A stretch of DNA of 61,865 bases, counting the filler, from Catajapyx aquilonaris (lineage: Eukaryota): NCBI GenBank assembly GCA_000934665.2. It is 3 parts of 3 records of this genome, joined end to end, with 100 filler letters (N's around TTAATTAATTAA, not from the genome) between each part and the next. Parts side by side here need not be neighbours in the genome. Positions count along the whole stretch, not along the records: positions 35,934 to 61,865 come from JYFJ02007032.1; 2 more parts are not named here. One strand, given 5' to 3'. A model generated the notes under the pieces. That model saw only the letters and a program-made list of their open reading frames with translations, had not been told where the DNA came from and ran no database searches. Both the position numbers and the translations under genes were made by a program. Positions 50,101 to 61,865 of the stretch are shown here, piece by piece (positions within the stretch are counted from its first letter, which is position 1; the number at the start of each line of letters is the position of its first letter).

Positions 50101-52955
50101 TACTGTTCCGCTGTACCTGCACAGACAAAGCGTCCCCTACTTTCGGTACAGTAACGACATACTCGCTCGAAACTCCGTACGGAAATGATTCATCAATATG
50201 CATTGTGTCCGGATTGTATATTTGGACGTTCACATGTGAGTGGGACAGCGAACGTATGTTCACGTTCGCTTTTTCGGCACGTCGACCGTACACCGTGTAC
50301 GGCAGGTTGGGCTTCGCACTAAGTCTGAACGAAGGCCACATGGACGTCTCGTCACTCTTCGTCACTTCCGTCACCGTGTAGTAATGTCTGCTTGGTAACG
50401 CTGCGTAGCACTTGGGCAACGAAGGGTCCGTCGAGTCCCAGCAACAATGTACAGCGTAACAATCCGTATCGGTCAAGTTGGCAACACCGGACAAGCATTC
50501 CACCCTGAAGGAACAAAACGCAATAAAATAATATAAAATAAACATTACGGCTCGGGCGGGGATATGAAGCGCCGAAGGCGCGCGAAGGGTGCGAAGCCCC
50601 ACCGCCGAGCAAAGCGAGTCTTACATAATATAGCCTATAATACAGAAAGTTTGTTATGTGATATGTCACGGCTACCTAAACCACTTCCGGAGTACTGAGA
50701 GTGTGAAGAAAGGGCTCCGCTGCTAGTAATCAAAATAACAAAATATATATCCCATTTTTGTTTGTTTGTTTATCCATGTATGGTTTCCATGCCAACAGGT
50801 TACGCTGCTACGGTACATATGATTTTTTAACGAGCGCAACTGGCTGCGCACCACAGTTCGCGCAGCCTGCACGGTTGGCATTATCAATAGTGACACTTCG
50901 TTGCACTTATTTCCAACGCTACGCTTGGGGGAGGGAACAAAATGGACGACACGACGTTGCCAACGTTGTAGAACGAACCGTAGAGGCTACAAGGGAGTAA
51001 CTCTGGCTACGTTGTTATCACAACAGCGGAGCTGCGCGAGTGTGGGTGCGCACTCGGTTGATCTCGTTAAAAATAATGTTTTTATCAGGTTTTTACGGTC
51101 AAATTATTATAAAATTATAAAAATAAATGGGTTTAATCCCCTCCTGATTTATCTTAACCTTCGGCGCCGGATATGCCATAAGAAGTCGTCTCATTGGCCC
51201 AATTCACCCAATACGTCATCCGGATGGAATGTCCACGACCCAATAAGCGAGTGAATAATGGCTTTAATATGGCCCACAGCATGTGGTTCGCCTAGATATA
51301 TGGCTAGGAATAAATAGACAGACCCGCAAGCTCATAAGCCTCTGTCCGCGGTGAGTCATCACAAGTGTACGCCATATATGTCAGGGATGTGGTACCTGAA
51401 TTCTGGTTCCAATAAGCAGGCTCCTTCAAGAGGCGGCTTCTCACGATGGGTGTAGTAGCTGGATATGAAAATGGGGACAACCAGACCTAGAAATGTGCAC
51501 AGTATGACGACGTACAGTATGTGCAATTTCTTGGTGTACAGTAAGTGCAGACGTGCATCAGTTAATGGAACATCTACAATGGAGAAAATCGTCTCTAATT
51601 AAAATGCTGCAGGTAAAATTACTCTGAAATTATTTCTACGAACAAGCTACGTAAGACCTTGCGTAAGACCTTGCGTATGACACACTTCAAAGAGAGTAAT
51701 TATAATAAAGTGCGTACTTGCAATATGAAAGCAATGCGAGTCATTTCGCAAAGTATACAAGGAAAATTGCAATGTTGAAGTACAGCACATAGATATTGCA
51801 TAGATATTGCGAAATAGAAGTGACACAATGATAAGATTTGATAGCCATGGCATACTGGGAATAATCATATGGGCGCATTGTACGAATCAATTTTAGATAT
51901 TTCCTCATCGAAAAAAAGTCGTATAGAACGGGTCTGTCCGTCTGTCCGTCCGTGGACAGGTATCAGGGGCTAATCAGCAAGGGATAGTAACAAAACTGTT
52001 TTCGAATTCGGATTCAGCGTGACCAAAATAGGTTTCATGGTCAACTTCCGGTGAACCACCACTTCCGGTTATCCGGGTACACTTTATACGCCAAGGTCAA
52101 GTTACAGGCTGGCAACGAGAAATGAGATTGACAACATTCTATGTCATTGTTGTCACTTTAGAATCGCATCATGTCGGATCGGGTTCCCACTGTCCAATGA
52201 GAAAAAGTATACTCGAATCACGCGCGCCTGAGTCGAGTCAACTTTATTGGGCATGTGAAATGAGGTTGATGACAGTGCAATTATAATAAATTGGACAACA
52301 ATGGCACAGAATGTCAGGAAGCTAAGGTCACCCGTCTAAAAACTTGACCTTGTTCGGACAACCGGAAGTGGATGGTCACCGGAAGTTTATCATAAAACCT
52401 ATTTAGGGTGCGCTGAATCCGAATCCGAAACCCATTTCTAGCTATCTCATGCGCTTTAGGTTCCAATACCTGTTCACAGACAGACGGACTTTCTATAAGC
52501 CTTTTTTCGATAAGATTTAAAAAAAAACTAATAAACTATTTCCTGATCCAAATTTCCTCAAACTAAACTTCCTTATTTTCCTTCATAAGCCACTTCATAG
52601 CTAATAAACTATGATAACACTATTAGCAGCTTCCAAATATTGAGACAGACTTAAGCTAACTGATGCCCAGATGCTAATGAAGTCAATTAATTAGTCCAAA
52701 TGCTACAGGACGAATCAAATTACACCTGTCGTACCAGGTACGGTTCTAATGGTCTTCACCACTATGCAAACTACAAACATCGTAATGATATAAACAAACT
52801 TGGTACGTGACACTTGATACACTTAGCTTATTTATCTAGTTAATTAAGCTTAAATTACCTGTCTTTTCCTTTGAGGCTACACTAGCGCCATCTTCATTGT
52901 CCTCAATGTTTTCAGTACTTGTGGTCAACTCGTGTCGCTTCTTAAATATTCCCAT
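44126..52955 (-). CDS. GH31 lysosomal alpha-glucosidase / maltase-glucoamylase-like type II membrane protein, 965 aa, probably catalytically inactive
   Basis: Exons 52955-52859, 51573-51396 (signal anchor LHILYVVILCTFLGLVVPIFI), 50504-48529, 45805-45648, 44614-44126; 2898 nt in frame. Trefoil domain (C..R.EC....C...CCWD) and GH31 motifs LFDT, FGGPTP, LPPYWALGYHMC, VYPD, HLDVHNEYG, GTPICG, ERLCIRWHQIG, RYQLLPYIYT, VLRPVMFEF, QFMLGPAMLVIP, YLRGGHIVPVQ, AEGILYLDNG. Confidence 0.92.
44945..45350. repeat. TTAGG/CCTAA-related repeat with a 30-bp tandem unit
   Basis: (ttagg)n patches flank tandem ttcctaacgttccctaacgtatcctatcct units in a GH31 intron. Confidence 0.85.
45860..46405. mobile_element. 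Foldback element with ~110-bp arms and an AT-rich repetitive spacer
   Basis: aaaaggtacgacgatcaaaatggcg...gcgcgcggtcgccatctttgtactc vs gagtacaaagatggcaaccgcgcgc...cgccatgttgatcgtacctttt. Confidence 0.75.
47570..48480. repeat. Degenerate minisatellite (cagctaatattatttataacagttac core) interrupted by a SINE
   Basis: Recurring units on both sides of the SINE at 47775-48055. Confidence 0.8.
47775..48055 (-). mobile_element. tRNA-derived SINE, family A
   Basis: Full-length reverse-complement homolog of 9766-10015 with B box and AAT/AAAT tail. Confidence 0.88.
50540..50730. mobile_element. Helitron/Helentron-like terminal fragments
   Basis: agcgccgaaggcgcgcg...gcaaagcgagtc is shared in reverse with 61768-61850 and partly with about 515-550; a CTAGT end lies near 50724. 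Confidence 0.5.
51915..52510. mobile_element. Inverted pair of DINE/Helentron-like cores in GH31 intron 1
   Basis: Two opposite-orientation copies of the ccggaagt...aatccgaat...acagacggac module also seen at about 23320-23460. Confidence 0.6.
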
Positions 52956-53589
52956 TGTTGGTTATGTACTCAAATTGTTATATGCACTGTACTGTATGTA
53001 CCACAACAGGTACACTTCACATCACACAGTTTTGACACAAAAGGCTGACGATGGACTGACGTGTGAAGCTTATTTTCCGTCACGTTATCACCCAGTGACG
53101 TTATCGGTGTGGATCAAAGTGCGAGTGTTAATCAGCCTCGTTGATAATGAGTAATTATCACGTCAGTTGCAAGGTGCGAAATTTTTGGGCCATTAAACAA
53201 ACAAGAAAATAAAAAAATGGTCTAATTCGATTGATTATGACACATGCTAATATGCTATTGATGTATTATTACATAATTATAATTGATAATTCGCAATTAG
53301 TTAATATTGTGCAGTAATACTGATGCAATGGTATGTCCTTGTACTGCACTGTAATGATAGTACTGTACAATCTGTTCTAAACCTGAAATCGATTTCAATC
53401 AGAGCGCGTTTGGTCGTTTCGCGGCCTGTTAAACTCGTCTTTGTTGCGAATGGAGGATACATTAAGAGAGAAGATTTGGTATTGTCAGCTTGGATTACTC
53501 CCATCAGGTTTGTCGATATGCAATTTTATCGAGAGAGAATTCCCACACAAAAAAATCAACCAGTCGATTATCCAACTTTCAGCTAAAAA

Positions 53590-54622
53590 TAGTGTCGACT
53601 GTCTATCTATACAATAGAATTGTCGATAGTATCGATTGTCTATCTATACAATAGAATATATTGTCGATAGTATCGATTGTCTATCTATACAATAGAATTG
53701 TCGATAGTATCGATTGTCTATCTATACAATAGAATTGTCGATAGTATCGATTGTCTATGCAATAGAATTGTCGCTATCATCTATTGTTGATTGTAGGTAT
53801 CATCCATTGTCGATATCGTTGATTGTATACAATAGCATTGTCGATATCATCGATTGTCTATACAATAGCATTGTCGATATCATCGATTGTCTATACAATA
53901 GCATTGTCGATATCATCGATTGTCTATACAATAGCATCGTCGATAGTATCGATTGTCTATGCAATAGAATTGTCGATATCATCTATTGTCGATTGTATAT
54001 ATCATCCATTGTCGATATCGTTTATTGTATACAATAGCATTGTCGATATGATCGATTGTCTATACAATAGCATTGTCGATATGATCGATTGTCTATGCAA
54101 TAGCATTGTCGATATGATCGATTGTCTATCTATACAATAGAATTATCGATAGTATCGATTGTCTATGCAATAGAATTGTCGATAGTATCGATTGTCTATG
54201 CAATAGAATTGTCGATATCATTTACTGTCGATTGTAGATATCGATTGTCTATGCAATAGAATTGTCGATATCATCTGCTGTCGATTGTAGATATCGATTG
54301 TCGATATAATCTATTGTCGATCGTAGATATCATCGATTGTCGATATCGTTAATTGTATACAATAGCATTGTCGATATCATCGATTGTCTATACAATAGCA
54401 TTGTCGATAGGATCGATTCCCTGATACAATAGCGTAGGATAGAATTGTCGATAGTATCAATTGATGATATAATAGCGTAGGATAGAATTGTCGATGATAT
54501 CAATTGATGATACAATAGCATTGTCGATAGCATCGATTACCTGATACAATAGCATTGTCGATAGTAGCGATTCCCTGATACAATAGCGTAGGATAGAATT
54601 GTCGATAGTATCATACAATAGC
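53590..54622. repeat. ~1-kb minisatellite, 33-bp core aatagcattgtcgatatcatcgattgtctatac
   Basis: Head-to-tail units with graded variants; source of the 11-aa-periodic spurious ORFs. Confidence 0.92.
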
Positions 54623-55549
54623 ATATAGGCTCTCTGCTCATCAAGGACTGTAGCACTACAATAAGGCGAAACAACATGGACCAAACAGAGACTGACATTG
54701 TTCTACACAAAAGCAATTGTCAAAATTTCGAGTCGTCTCTCAAGTTAACTTACTGGACTTCATTAGTGTCTTATATTATCAAATAGGCCTAGTTAAAATA
54801 GTTTCGGACTATTAATGTAGGAAGATCAAAGGGACGTGTTCATTTGAAGATGCAAAACCCACCAGAGAGCGCCTGAGTTTGATTAAATAGCTATTATATC
54901 TCTTTGACAAAACTTGCAAATTAAGCCTGCAAAAATAATGATATGGTATGATTCTATAAGGAGCATGTTATAATTAGCACACATGATCAGTACCAAATTT
55001 TTTTTAAAAAAAACTCCCCGTACAACCTTGTGATGCCTTTGATGTGGACCGTTAAAGCAAACAGGGCATTAGCCATTCATGGGAAGCTCCAAAAAGCTCT
55101 TCCGGAGTATTTTATTCGTCACACACACCTGACCTGCCTTCAAAACAAATTTTTTTGAAAAAAAAAAAAAAACCTATAAGTTTTGTCCAGTCAAAGCAGC
55201 TTTCTGGACGTGCAAACAACAGCTTAATTTTCCCAACAAAGCCTCAAGCAACGTTACAAAAAAAACAGGCTTATACTTTCACCTTGCCGTACATGTAGGT
55301 TCTGAATATATACGTATTCATACTTATATAAATTTTCCTAAAAATTATTGAAATTCTTTGCATTTTTCGGAATATACCTATAATTCGATTTACTTGGTAA
55401 TGTAGAAATTCCTAGCGTATTATAGAAATTCTTTAAAATTTTGGGGAATTTCCCCTGCTTAGGAAGCACGGGAATTTTTAGTGCTCTATAAACTCGTTTT
55501 AAATTAAAATTTGCACCAATCTATTAACATGCCACTAGTACATTATGGT

Positions 55550-55705
55550 GAATATACGCAATAATCGTAATGTACGTAATAATGATAATAATTATCTTAT
55601 ATGTAATATACGTAATAATCATAATTATCTTATACGTAATATACATAATGATCCCAATTATCTTATACGTAATATATGCAATAACCATAATTACCATAAT
55701 ATCAA
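55550..55705. repeat. AT-rich tandem repeat (ataattatcttatacgtaatatac core)
   Basis: Three to four degenerate units. Confidence 0.75.
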
Positions 55706-57334
55706 CGCATAATTTTCTTAACAGGGTCTTAATGTCTGTAAGTAATAATAAAAGAGTTTCATACACGGTTTTGCATAGCTGTTAATGTCATAAAGTCAAT
55801 TCTACAGATTTCTCTAGAATTTGCGAAATTTCCCTGTAGACATCAAAATGACGCAGTTATTTGGACCCCCTTCCAAGTCTCAGCTGTAAAGTCCCTCGAT
55901 GCATCAAATTGAACCCAGAGGGAAAATGAAATAGGGTACGACTGGGTTTGTCATATGGGGTTGGAAGAAGCGCAGGCGTCGATGTGTCTTGTACCAGTGG
56001 AGGAAACTCAGAGGGTCCCAGTGCTTCGGTGGGACCCGATCAGGTCGGGTGTGCTGTACGTGTTGTGTGTTGCAATAGTTGATCAGTGTTGATACATAAA
56101 TGTTGTATAGTGCTGCATAGTTTGGTGATTAGATTCCTGTGAAGTGACGTGAAAGGTAAGTCATCATTACTAAAATATTTTATTGAAAGTGATGGACCAT
56201 TTTATGTAGACGTATTAAATTACTAGTTAAAAAAAATAGTTGGTGTTACCGTACAGTAATTTATTGGCGATGGATATGTCGTAACCTTATGCGTCATCAA
56301 TATATTATTGATAATATTAAAATTTTTAAAATATTACTGCCGAAAGTAATTAAATATGTACAGAGAACTCCGTTCGAATGTTACAAGTATCAGTAATATG
56401 TAGTACTCATATGTGGTTTAGACCTAATATTAATTCCCAGTTCAGATGGCGATTAAAAACTGATCGAAGTTATGAACCACCCGGTACTTACAGACACGTA
56501 CTGTACATTGCCGCAATTACTAGTAAGGTAACGAGCGGTGATGAAATTGCCACTTCAGCTATGTTCGTGACACTTATTGCCATACTTTGAACTCTAATGT
56601 CGCAATATGTTGCATACCCTACAGTGCGGTACATTGGCCAAGTCTTTCTAAGATTCCTAACTAGAGCATAGAACAATAGGCCTATATTGTTGACATCAAT
56701 CACATTTTTGTAAGGGCTGATTAGCGGAAATAACAACCTTACCAATCAAGGTTCATACGAGAATTACCTGAAGCGCAAACAGTCATTAACACTTAAATGT
56801 CGCAGCAACAATTTGTCAGGATTTATGTGGATAAACGAGGCTCATCTGCTAAAGTTGCATGCTCGTTACTTTTGAAGTGTGAAAAAAACCTATGCTCATT
56901 GTATACAAACTCGGATCAATGGAGCTCAAACGAGAAGTTGGGTTGGTGCGTGGTGACAGTAACGTACGACACCGATATTAAAATGTCACATTGACTTATG
57001 CTCCCCCCAGTAACTTCAGTAATATATTACATCAGGATATTGTTGTGCACGCCATTGTAATCAACCGCGACAAAAATTGCGGAAGGAAGCTTCCATTGTT
57101 GGAGGGGCGGTTATATAGGTACGGTCAATTGGCCGCCTGTCAACTGGCTGCCGTGCCATTTGGCTGCCGATCATTTGGATGCTGCCTTTTAGTTGCTGAT
57201 TAAATAGGCCCACCAAATGTCAGGACAGCCACATGGCACGGCAGCCAAATGACCGGCAGCCAAAAGTCGTTTGGCACGTTTAAGTAAGAATTGTAGTAAA
57301 ACATGTTCATTCATTCCTCTTCTTATCTCCTAGC

Positions 57335-57832
57335 ATGATGGAGTCCAATATAAGCAGCACGGCGCTACAGCCGTACCTGAACGTGACCCTGAACCTGACA
57401 TTGCCCCCTGAACTCCAGTTCAACGATAGTGTTGTGGGATCACTAGTGGTGTACTGCATCCTGTTTGTGATCTCAGCCTGTGGGAACCTCACAGTGTTTA
57501 TCACCCTTTTCCGAAACAGACACCGAAAATCGCGCATCAACCTTCTGGTGATGCATCTGGCTATAGCTGACCTCATAGTGTCGTTTGTCACCATACCTTT
57601 GGAAGTGTCATGGAGGATCACTGTTCAGTGGCTGGCAGGGAACTTTGCCTGCAAGCTTCTTCTGTTTCTGAGAGCCTTTGGGCTCTATCTTAGTTCCTCT
57701 GTGTTGATATGTGTCAGTCTGGACCGTTACTTCGCCATTGTCTATCCTTTGAGGGTCACCGATGGGCGCAGGAGGGCAAAGTTCATGCTGAGCGTCGCTT
57801 GGGTCGGCTCCATCGTCTCCTCACTGCCACAG
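57335..57832 (+). CDS. GnRH-receptor superfamily GPCR, most like the AKH/corazonin-related peptide (ACP) receptor; first coding exon (N-terminus to TM4)
   Basis: GNLTVF (TM1), [34 protein letters not shown] (TM2/ECL1), [27 protein letters not shown] (TM3/DRY), AW...SLPQ then a gt donor at 57833. Probable 5'UTR exon ends near 56155 (aag/gtaagt). No further exons were recognised inside the window. Confidence 0.88.
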
Positions 57833-58296
57833 GTCAGTTGGACACTAATATGATTATTAAAATATTTCAAAAAAAATATGACGGCCATTTTTAATCCAAT
57901 GCTTACGATCCAAATATGCTCCACTTCAGAGACACAAAATGCATGGTTCTAGGCCACAATAAATCTGGTCCCATCCAGCTAATATATTAGGCTAAATCTG
58001 TTAAGGCAGTATATCTAGGCTGAAGGCGTGGATGCGTAATGGAAGCGACATGCTGTCAACTCGAGTCGCTTGTAAAACACGAACCATGACATGTCCAGTC
58101 ACTTCAGACCACGTCCCAATCTGTCCCGCACACAGATTAATGTTATTCAGGGACATTTTGCACTGTCCTGGAAACAAATGTGTCCTTTGGGTTAAAGTGA
58201 AGTGTCTGGAAGTTCACATTGCTCCAGATGTCACAAAATGCTTTCTTGTCCTGTACATTCCCTAGACAGTAAAGGAAAAGAGTGCTTGTCGCAGTA

Positions 58297-58414
58297 TGTC
58301 CACACAGTCAGTAAACTTCTGTCCACACAGTCAGTAAACTTCTGTCCACACAGTCAGTAAACTTCTGTCCACACAGACAGTAAACTTCAGTATGTCCTCA
58401 CGGTCAGTAAACTT
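58297..58414. repeat. 23-bp tandem repeat
   Basis: tgtccacacagtcagtaaacttc, four to five units. Confidence 0.9.
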
Positions 58415-58586
58415 GTCTAGGAACATCTATAAGTGTTGAACCAAGAGCATTGTAGGGCCTACTTGTTTGTCAGGATCTGATGAGAAGGAACAGTAATTAC
58501 TCGAAATCGTACCGGAGCAGTGAGGCGGATTAATTACAGTCGTTTGGCAACTATGTGCCAACATATAACGACCTAGCTACTATATA

Positions 58587-58858
58587 CAGGGTGTTAATCC
58601 TAAGCGTGTCACCAGAAAAGGTGGTGGTAGAGGGCGCAGGTGTGAGCATTTTTGCATAAGGAACTAGGGGTCGGAAACGCACCCTCACCGAGTTACGCCC
58701 CTTTCAAGTTTGCGGCAGGCAGTGTGCAAGAGGCGTGCGGCATGCGGCGGAGTGACTCGGTGAGGGTGAGTTTCCGACCCTTAGTTCCTTATGCAAAAAT
58801 GCTCACTGCGCCCTCTACCACCATCTTTTCTGGTGACAGGCTTAGGATTAATACCCTG
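58587..58858. mobile_element. Foldback Tc1/mariner-type MITE in the receptor intron
   Basis: TA-cagggtgttaatcctaagc ... gcttaggattaataccctg-TA; near-perfect arms of about 110 bp. Confidence 0.9.
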
Positions 58859-60049
58859 TATAGTTTCCAGATTCAAGACAAATATTTCAATTGTGTACAA
58901 AAATATTGACCAAATACTGACTAGGTGGGGACACAATACCCTAACTTTAGACAGTAACTGTCGTCCTTTTTGTACCGTAAACAATAGCACTTTGCATATT
59001 ATCACGCTGACAACGCGACGTGTTACAGTGCAAAATTACGCAGCCTTTGTTGGAGGAAGACTACACGTGTCACTTTAGCTGAAAGTTTCCGACACTCAAG
59101 ATTGATATAGTACAGAGTCGGTACCTTTGTGAAGCTAGATTTAAAAAGGGAAGCCTAATTAGATCCTTAGGTGAGGTCTATTAATTAACATGACTTTGAT
59201 GTAGGGATAATCCTGTAAGTGACAACACTATCTTCTCCTTAAAGTTGAATGCAATAATTGATGCACCTGTACTGCACCATATCGAGCTTTTCGTAGGATC
59301 AAATTGCAACCCACGCCACTAACTGTAGACATGTCTGAACTTTCGGGAACAATAGAGATTACGTAACGAACAAACTTTCACGTTAACTACAGTTTAAAGG
59401 TGTTATCGTGACTTGCTTTGTAATGACTGCAATGGTTACATCACAATTTTTAACTCCTCTTGACTTGTTGTACATTCAAGTGCCATCTATACTTATTTAT
59501 ATTACTTACAAAAACTAGTTTCCATTTATAATGTATAAGCTTAAACATATTTGCATATTTCAAAGGTGCCCTTCCACCTCCGATTTGTTTCATCCTGGCA
59601 TGGTGCAACCCAACGAACACGCTAACTGTCATGTCGCTTACCTTTTGTGGCCTTAAACTTGTCACACTAAAACCGAAATATAGCATGGCTTACTAACCGC
59701 CCAGAATGATTTATTCATAGCACAAAAAAAATCTGTAATATGCAGTCTTAAAGTTGGGCCCAGTCAAAGTTTAACACCACAACCAGGCTTTGGACCCTCT
59801 ATTCTCAAACCTCAAGCCTTCATTAACTGTAGGCTCAAGTTGTGCGGTTTGTTCCGACACTTTCAATTAGCCCAACCACTTACACCGCATTAGCTAGAAA
59901 CGCTATTCAGAGCGAACCAGCGAGGTTTCTAGCTTCTAGGAACGTTAAAAATAGAGGGTGGAAATACCCAGCAGTACAATCCCTATGCTACATTAACTTG
60001 AACGATGGAAAATAATTTAACGCTCTTTCTGTCGCCATGAAGTTAAAGC

Positions 60050-60245
60050 CAGGTTAAGTTAGGAGCTAACCTAACCTGCCGTAACCTGCTCTAACCTGCC
60101 CTAACCTGCCCTAACCTGCCCTAACCTGCCCTAACCTGCTCTAACCTGCTCTACTCTAACCTGCTCTAACCTGCTCTAACCTGCTCTAACCTGCCCTAAC
60201 CTGCCCTAACCTGCCCTAACCGTGAGTATGGGTTGGGTTAGGTTT
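60050..60245. repeat. CCTAA-derived 10-bp tandem repeat (ctaacctgcc / ctaacctgct)
   Basis: About 14 units flanked by ttagg motifs. Confidence 0.9.
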
Positions 60246-61764
60246 CGTCACAAGTGGAAAATCAATTTGGCTTACAAATTAGAAAGAGACAAAATCCTAC
60301 ATGACATATTTTCACATTACAGTGTCAACTATGTACATGTTACTGTACGAACCATCAGCATGAACCTAATGGCTTGGCGGTACTGATGTGTTGGTATTGA
60401 TTCAAATAAGTAAAACCCATTGCATTACTACTAATCATACTTATTAGACCTGTACAGGAAATGGCAAGAGTCGCACTCTGTACTATAACACTATGCTGAT
60501 GGGTGACATCAAAGGATTTAGGACTTGCTGATCTACGAGTAGCAGCCGCAAACTCTGCAGCTTCATGTAGAGCTCTCAACACATCAGGAGAGAACCTGAT
60601 CTGATTATATTCCCTAATTGAGTTCATACGACATACACGTATATATACTCATGTGACAAAGGATGCGGTTTTCATATGGTGCACTACACGCTTTTAATGT
60701 TTGGCAATATTACCTGAAATTTTGTAATGATGGCGACAATTTCTTAGAATTTGGGAATAATCCGTGTGGGGCTTGTTACGATACATATTTGAAGTTTCGG
60801 TAACAATACAACTAGGGATAGTCTCATATTGCGTATTCTTTGTTTAATTTTCATTACAGCTATAGAATTTACATCAAGGCTCAAATGACAGGCTGACAAT
60901 AGACACACATTTCTAAAGATCTATTCCGTATAAGCCGTTGAATCTCCGAACGTAATAAAATGCAAATTATACTATTAATAGTCCTACCCCTTATAGAATG
61001 TGGCATATAGGTAGGATTGCTGGGTTGTAATATTTTGCTCTTGTTATGCAGCTTATGTACAGTACATATCATTTTTGCTTTCAAAGTTTAAATTTTTCGC
61101 GAAAATTGATCCTTATTTTTGTAACAGTATAGTGTGCTGCATAATATTGTATTCTAGGAATATAGTTATTCACAAATTCACATTAGGACCGTCAAATTTT
61201 TTAAATGAACACTGTGATATTTAGATTTTTCAGTACAAACTACTCCAACATTTTGTTACATTTTGTTCAAAAAAAACGTGCCTTATCTTTCCAATTTTTT
61301 TTATGTACATTAGTTTCGTTCTGTTTAACGTCGGGTCCATTTTTTGCTAATCCTTATCTCTTGCCAGGAGTCACACCTTGCAAATACTAATTATGGAGCT
61401 GGAAAAAGAGATTTAAAATCATGCTAATGGCTAATCACAGAGCTTTTCATATACATATACTGTGTGTCACAACCACATTTTTGAAATGTATGACTACTAT
61501 ATGCAGATGTAAATTATATAAAATGAGTACAGCACCTTCGATCCTGATATTTGCATAGCCTACAGCAGTAGTCCAAAAATCAAAATTTCCTTCATTATAA
61601 TTAACCTACTTTTAGCAGAAAAGATGCCTCGAGTTACATTCCCGTATTTGAAGTACGATAAGGAATTTTCTGCGAATATTTTCCTCCGAGAAGATTTTAT
61701 CAAATCAAAGTCTAGCACAGCTTTGACCTGGTTATTTCCCAGCCATTTCCTAAGGGGTTATATA

Positions 61765-61865
61765 GCTGACTCGCTTTGCGAGGCGGGGGGGCTCCGCCCC
61801 CCCACACCCCCCCTTGGGGCTGCGCCCCAATTGGCGCGCCTTCGGCGCTACGCGTTCCCGGTCGG
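61765..61865. mobile_element. Terminus of a Helitron/Helentron-like repeat, truncated by the window end
   Basis: gactcgctttgcgaggcg...ggcgcgccttcggcgct; GC-rich hairpin-forming sequence related to 50565-50620. Confidence 0.5.

Noticed and set aside
48678..50381. Several plus-strand ORFs overlapping the GH31 exon
   Set aside because: Antisense shadows of a GC-rich coding exon with no recognisable motifs.
52726..52770. Possible extra micro-exon in GH31 intron 1
   Set aside because: Weak donor, and exon 1 already splices in frame to exon 2; needs RNA evidence.
53590..54622. Possible CRISPR array or repeat-protein ORFs (IVDIIDCLYNS)n
   Set aside because: Units are head-to-tail with no unique spacers, no cas genes, eukaryotic context; ORFs occur in several frames because the unit is 33 bp.
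58297..58414. 23-bp direct repeats as a mini CRISPR
   Set aside because: No spacers; a simple tandem duplication.
60050..60245. True telomere
   Set aside because: Short, degenerate, interstitial and inside an intron.
60355..60627. 90-aa antisense ORF in the receptor intron as a nested gene
   Set aside because: No recognisable domain or splice support; compatible with chance.

Overview
Eukaryotic genomic DNA, very likely an arthropod (GT-AG introns, TTAGG-derived repeats, an ACP-type neuropeptide receptor). Two identical 100-nt linkers (44 N + TTAATTAATTAA + 44 N, at 17109-17208 and 35834-35933) split the window into three pieces whose adjacency may be artificial. I reconstructed six spliced genes by hand: PAT1/PATL1 (+, 746-16824, 3' part lost at the first linker), an ankyrin-repeat protein with two C-terminal hydrophobic helices (+, 20696-22477), a divergent condensin I kleisin CAP-H/Barren (-, 30655-26625), an alpha-arrestin (+, 38623-42578), a type II membrane GH31 alpha-glucosidase-like protein (-, 52955-44126) and the first coding exon of a GnRH-superfamily ACP/AKH receptor (+, 57335-57832). 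Introns and intergenic DNA are full of MITEs, mariner/Tc1 remnants, several tRNA-derived SINE families, a decayed LINE, Helitron/DINE-like pieces and minisatellites. The strongest leads are an intact GH31 gene that appears to lack both catalytic aspartates, an alpha-arrestin with no PPxY motif but several basic clusters, and an unusually diverged CAP-H. I found no CRISPR array or prokaryotic system. All homology calls come from motif recognition, not database searches.
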